In this document: positions 7,554 through 8,997 of the stretch, in pieces | Layout: each line of letters starts with the position of its first letter | Position numbering within the stretch: the stretch's first letter is position 1 | Source of the DNA: a virus | Lineage: Duplodnaviria; Heunggongvirae; Uroviricota; Caudoviricetes | Virus record (IMG/VR): IMGVR_UViG_2718218128_000006 | Span: 1-8,997 of that record | Strand: one strand, 5' to 3' | DNA: 8,997 nt | Translations under genes and position numbers: made by a program | The notes under the pieces: model-generated | The model's database searches: none | What the model saw: the letters and a program-made list of their open reading frames with translations, nothing else | What the model was told of the DNA's origin: nothing

Positions 7554-7629
7554 TGGTGCCGATAATAGGAGTCGAACCTACGACCTTCGCATTACGAATG
7601 CGCTGCTCTACCAACTGAGCTATATCGGC
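7554..7629 (-). tRNA. thrW: tRNA-Thr, anticodon CGU, 76 nt including the encoded CCA
   Basis: Minus strand reads GCCGATATAGCTCAGTTGGTAGAGCAGCGCATTCGTAATGCGAAGGTCGTAGGTTCGACTCCTATTATCGGCACCA; folds as a cloverleaf by eye; anticodon CGT corresponds to 7594..7596. Confidence 0.9.
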
Positions 7630-7670
7630 CCTGAAAGGACATGTTCACGAACGTGAATCACGGTGGACAA

Positions 7671-7746
7671 GGTTAAAACTAACCGGGCGATGCGTCAATG
7701 GCCTTGTGAATCAAATGGCTACTTTTGCATCACCCGGTTTTATTTA
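7671..7746. terminator. Bidirectional terminator-like hairpin between thrW and proA (13-bp stem, one G-U pair, 33-nt loop)
   Basis: Arms 7681..7693 (AACCGGGCGATGC) and 7727..7739 (GCATCACCCGGTT); U-rich tails on both strands (TTTTATTT on plus, AGTTTTAA on minus). The loop is long for a classical terminator. Confidence 0.35.
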
Positions 7747-8997
7747 CGCACGAATGGTGTAATCACCAATGCCGATCCACTTGTAAGTGGTCAGTGCTTC
7801 CAGCCCCATTGGGCCACGCGCGTGGAGTTTTTGTGTGCTTACCGCCACTTCCGCACCCAGACCAAACTGGCCGCCGTCGGTAAAACGCGTAGAGGCGTTA
7901 ACGTAAACAGCGGACGAATCCACTTCGTTAACAAAACGCTGGGCGTTGCGCATATCGCGGGTCAGGATCGCATCGGAGTGTTGTGTGCCGTGTTCACGAA
8001 TATGGGCGATGGCATCGTCAAGATCGCTGACGATTTTAACGTTCAAATCTAATGACAGAAATTCATCGTCATACTCTTCGGCTTTAACCGCCACCACCTT
8101 CGCAGGGCCTGTCTGCAACTGCGCCAGCGCAGCTGCATCTGCGTGTAATGTCACGCCGCTTTCCGCCATTTGTTTGCTTAATGCGGGCAGGAAGCTATCG
8201 GCGATGTTTTTATTCACCAGCAACGTTTCTACCGTATTACATGTGCTCGGTCGCTGAGTTTTCGCGTTGACGATCACTTTTAATGCTTCAGCGATCTCTG
8301 CGCTTTCATCAACGTAAATATGGCATACGCCTATACCACCTGTGATCACCGGGATTGTCGACTGTTCGCGGCACAGTTTATGCAAACCAGCCCCGCCGCG
8401 CGGGATCAGCATGTCGATGTATTTATCCATACGCAGCATTTCACTGACCAGCGCACGGTCAGGATTATCAATCGCCTGCACGGCACCCGCCGGTAAGCCA
8501 CAGGATTTCAGGGCGTCCTGAATCACCGCCACCGTTGCCGCGTTAGTGCGACAGGTTTCTTTGCCACCACGCAGGATCACCGCATTACCGGTTTTCAGGC
8601 ACAGCGAAGCGACATCAACCGTCACGTTCGGGCGCGCTTCATAAATCACGCCAATCACCCCCAGCGGCACGCGACGACGCTCAAGACGCAGGCCGCTGTC
8701 CAGTACGCTGCCATCGATTACCTGCCCCACCGGATCGGCGAGGTTACACACCTGGCGCACATCATCGGCAATGCCTTTCAGCCGTGCGGGCGTCAGTGCC
8801 AGACGGTCAAGCATCGCTTCGCCAAGGCCATTGGCACGCGCGTCAGCAACATCCTGGGCGTTAGCGTTGAGGATGATTTCGCTTTGTGCTTCCAGTTCAT
8901 CGGCGATTTTTTCCAGCACGCGATTTTTTTCGCGGCTGGAGAGTTGCGCTAATTTATACGAGGCTTGCTTCGCGGCAATGCCCATTTGTTCCAGCAT
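7744..8997 (-). CDS. proA: Gamma-glutamyl phosphate reductase (glutamate-5-semialdehyde dehydrogenase), full length, 417 aa
   Basis: ATG at the window edge (8997-8995); protein [20 protein letters not shown]... matches enterobacterial ProA as I recall it; the window ends exactly at its start, so proB should follow. Confidence 0.95.
   Translation of the reverse strand: MLEQMGIAAKQASYKLAQLSSREKNRVLEKIADELEAQSEIILNANAQDVADARANGLGEAMLDRLALTPARLKGIADDVRQVCNLADPVGQVIDGSVLDSGLRLERRRVPLGVIGVIYEARPNVTVDVASLCLKTGNAVILRGGKETCRTNAATVAVIQDALKSCGLPAGAVQAIDNPDRALVSEMLRMDKYIDMLIPRGGAGLHKLCREQSTIPVITGGIGVCHIYVDESAEIAEALKVIVNAKTQRPSTCNTVETLLVNKNIADSFLPALSKQMAESGVTLHADAAALAQLQTGPAKVVAVKAEEYDDEFLSLDLNVKIVSDLDDAIAHIREHGTQHSDAILTRDMRNAQRFVNEVDSSAVYVNASTRFTDGGQFGLGAEVAVSTQKLHARGPMGLEALTTYKWIGIGDYTIRA

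Noticed and set aside
7663-8257. Plus-strand ORFs (129 aa and 103 aa) inside proA
   Set aside because: They are antisense to a conserved, full-length proA and are most simply explained as chance open frames.
1-8997. CRISPR arrays, IS elements or transposase genes
   Set aside because: No spaced direct-repeat array and no transposase-like ORF; the only substantial repeats are the inverted repeats of the invertible segment.

Overview
This window looks like an Escherichia-type chromosome: the core gene proA (8997..7744, minus) and tRNA-Thr(CGU) thrW (7629..7554, minus) flank about 7.5 kb of a heavily reduced prophage inserted at the tRNA 3' end. Reading leftward from the tRNA, the element carries a P22-type tyrosine integrase and an overlapping 116-aa excisionase, then four tightly coupled accessory genes that resemble the yfdQ-yfdR-yfdS-yfdT cluster of cryptic prophage KplE1/CPS-53. 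Left of an AT-rich junction lies a minus-strand tail module: a start-less baseplate gene remnant, a baseplate J-like gene, a DUF2313 gene, a tail fibre and its assembly chaperone. The fibre gene runs into a roughly 1.5 kb invertible segment bounded by hix/gix-like crossover sites, which holds a second, oppositely oriented fibre cassette and chaperone. This is the most striking structure in the window, but it belongs to the known Gin/Pin/Cin class. No invertase, repressor, replication, lysis or capsid gene is visible, and the invertase is expected just beyond coordinate 1. I found no CRISPR array, IS element or rRNA, and nothing I can defend as a clearly undescribed system; the accessory four-gene cluster and the composite architecture are the best candidates for follow-up. 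All calls rest on reading the sequence and on recalled family features; no database search was run.
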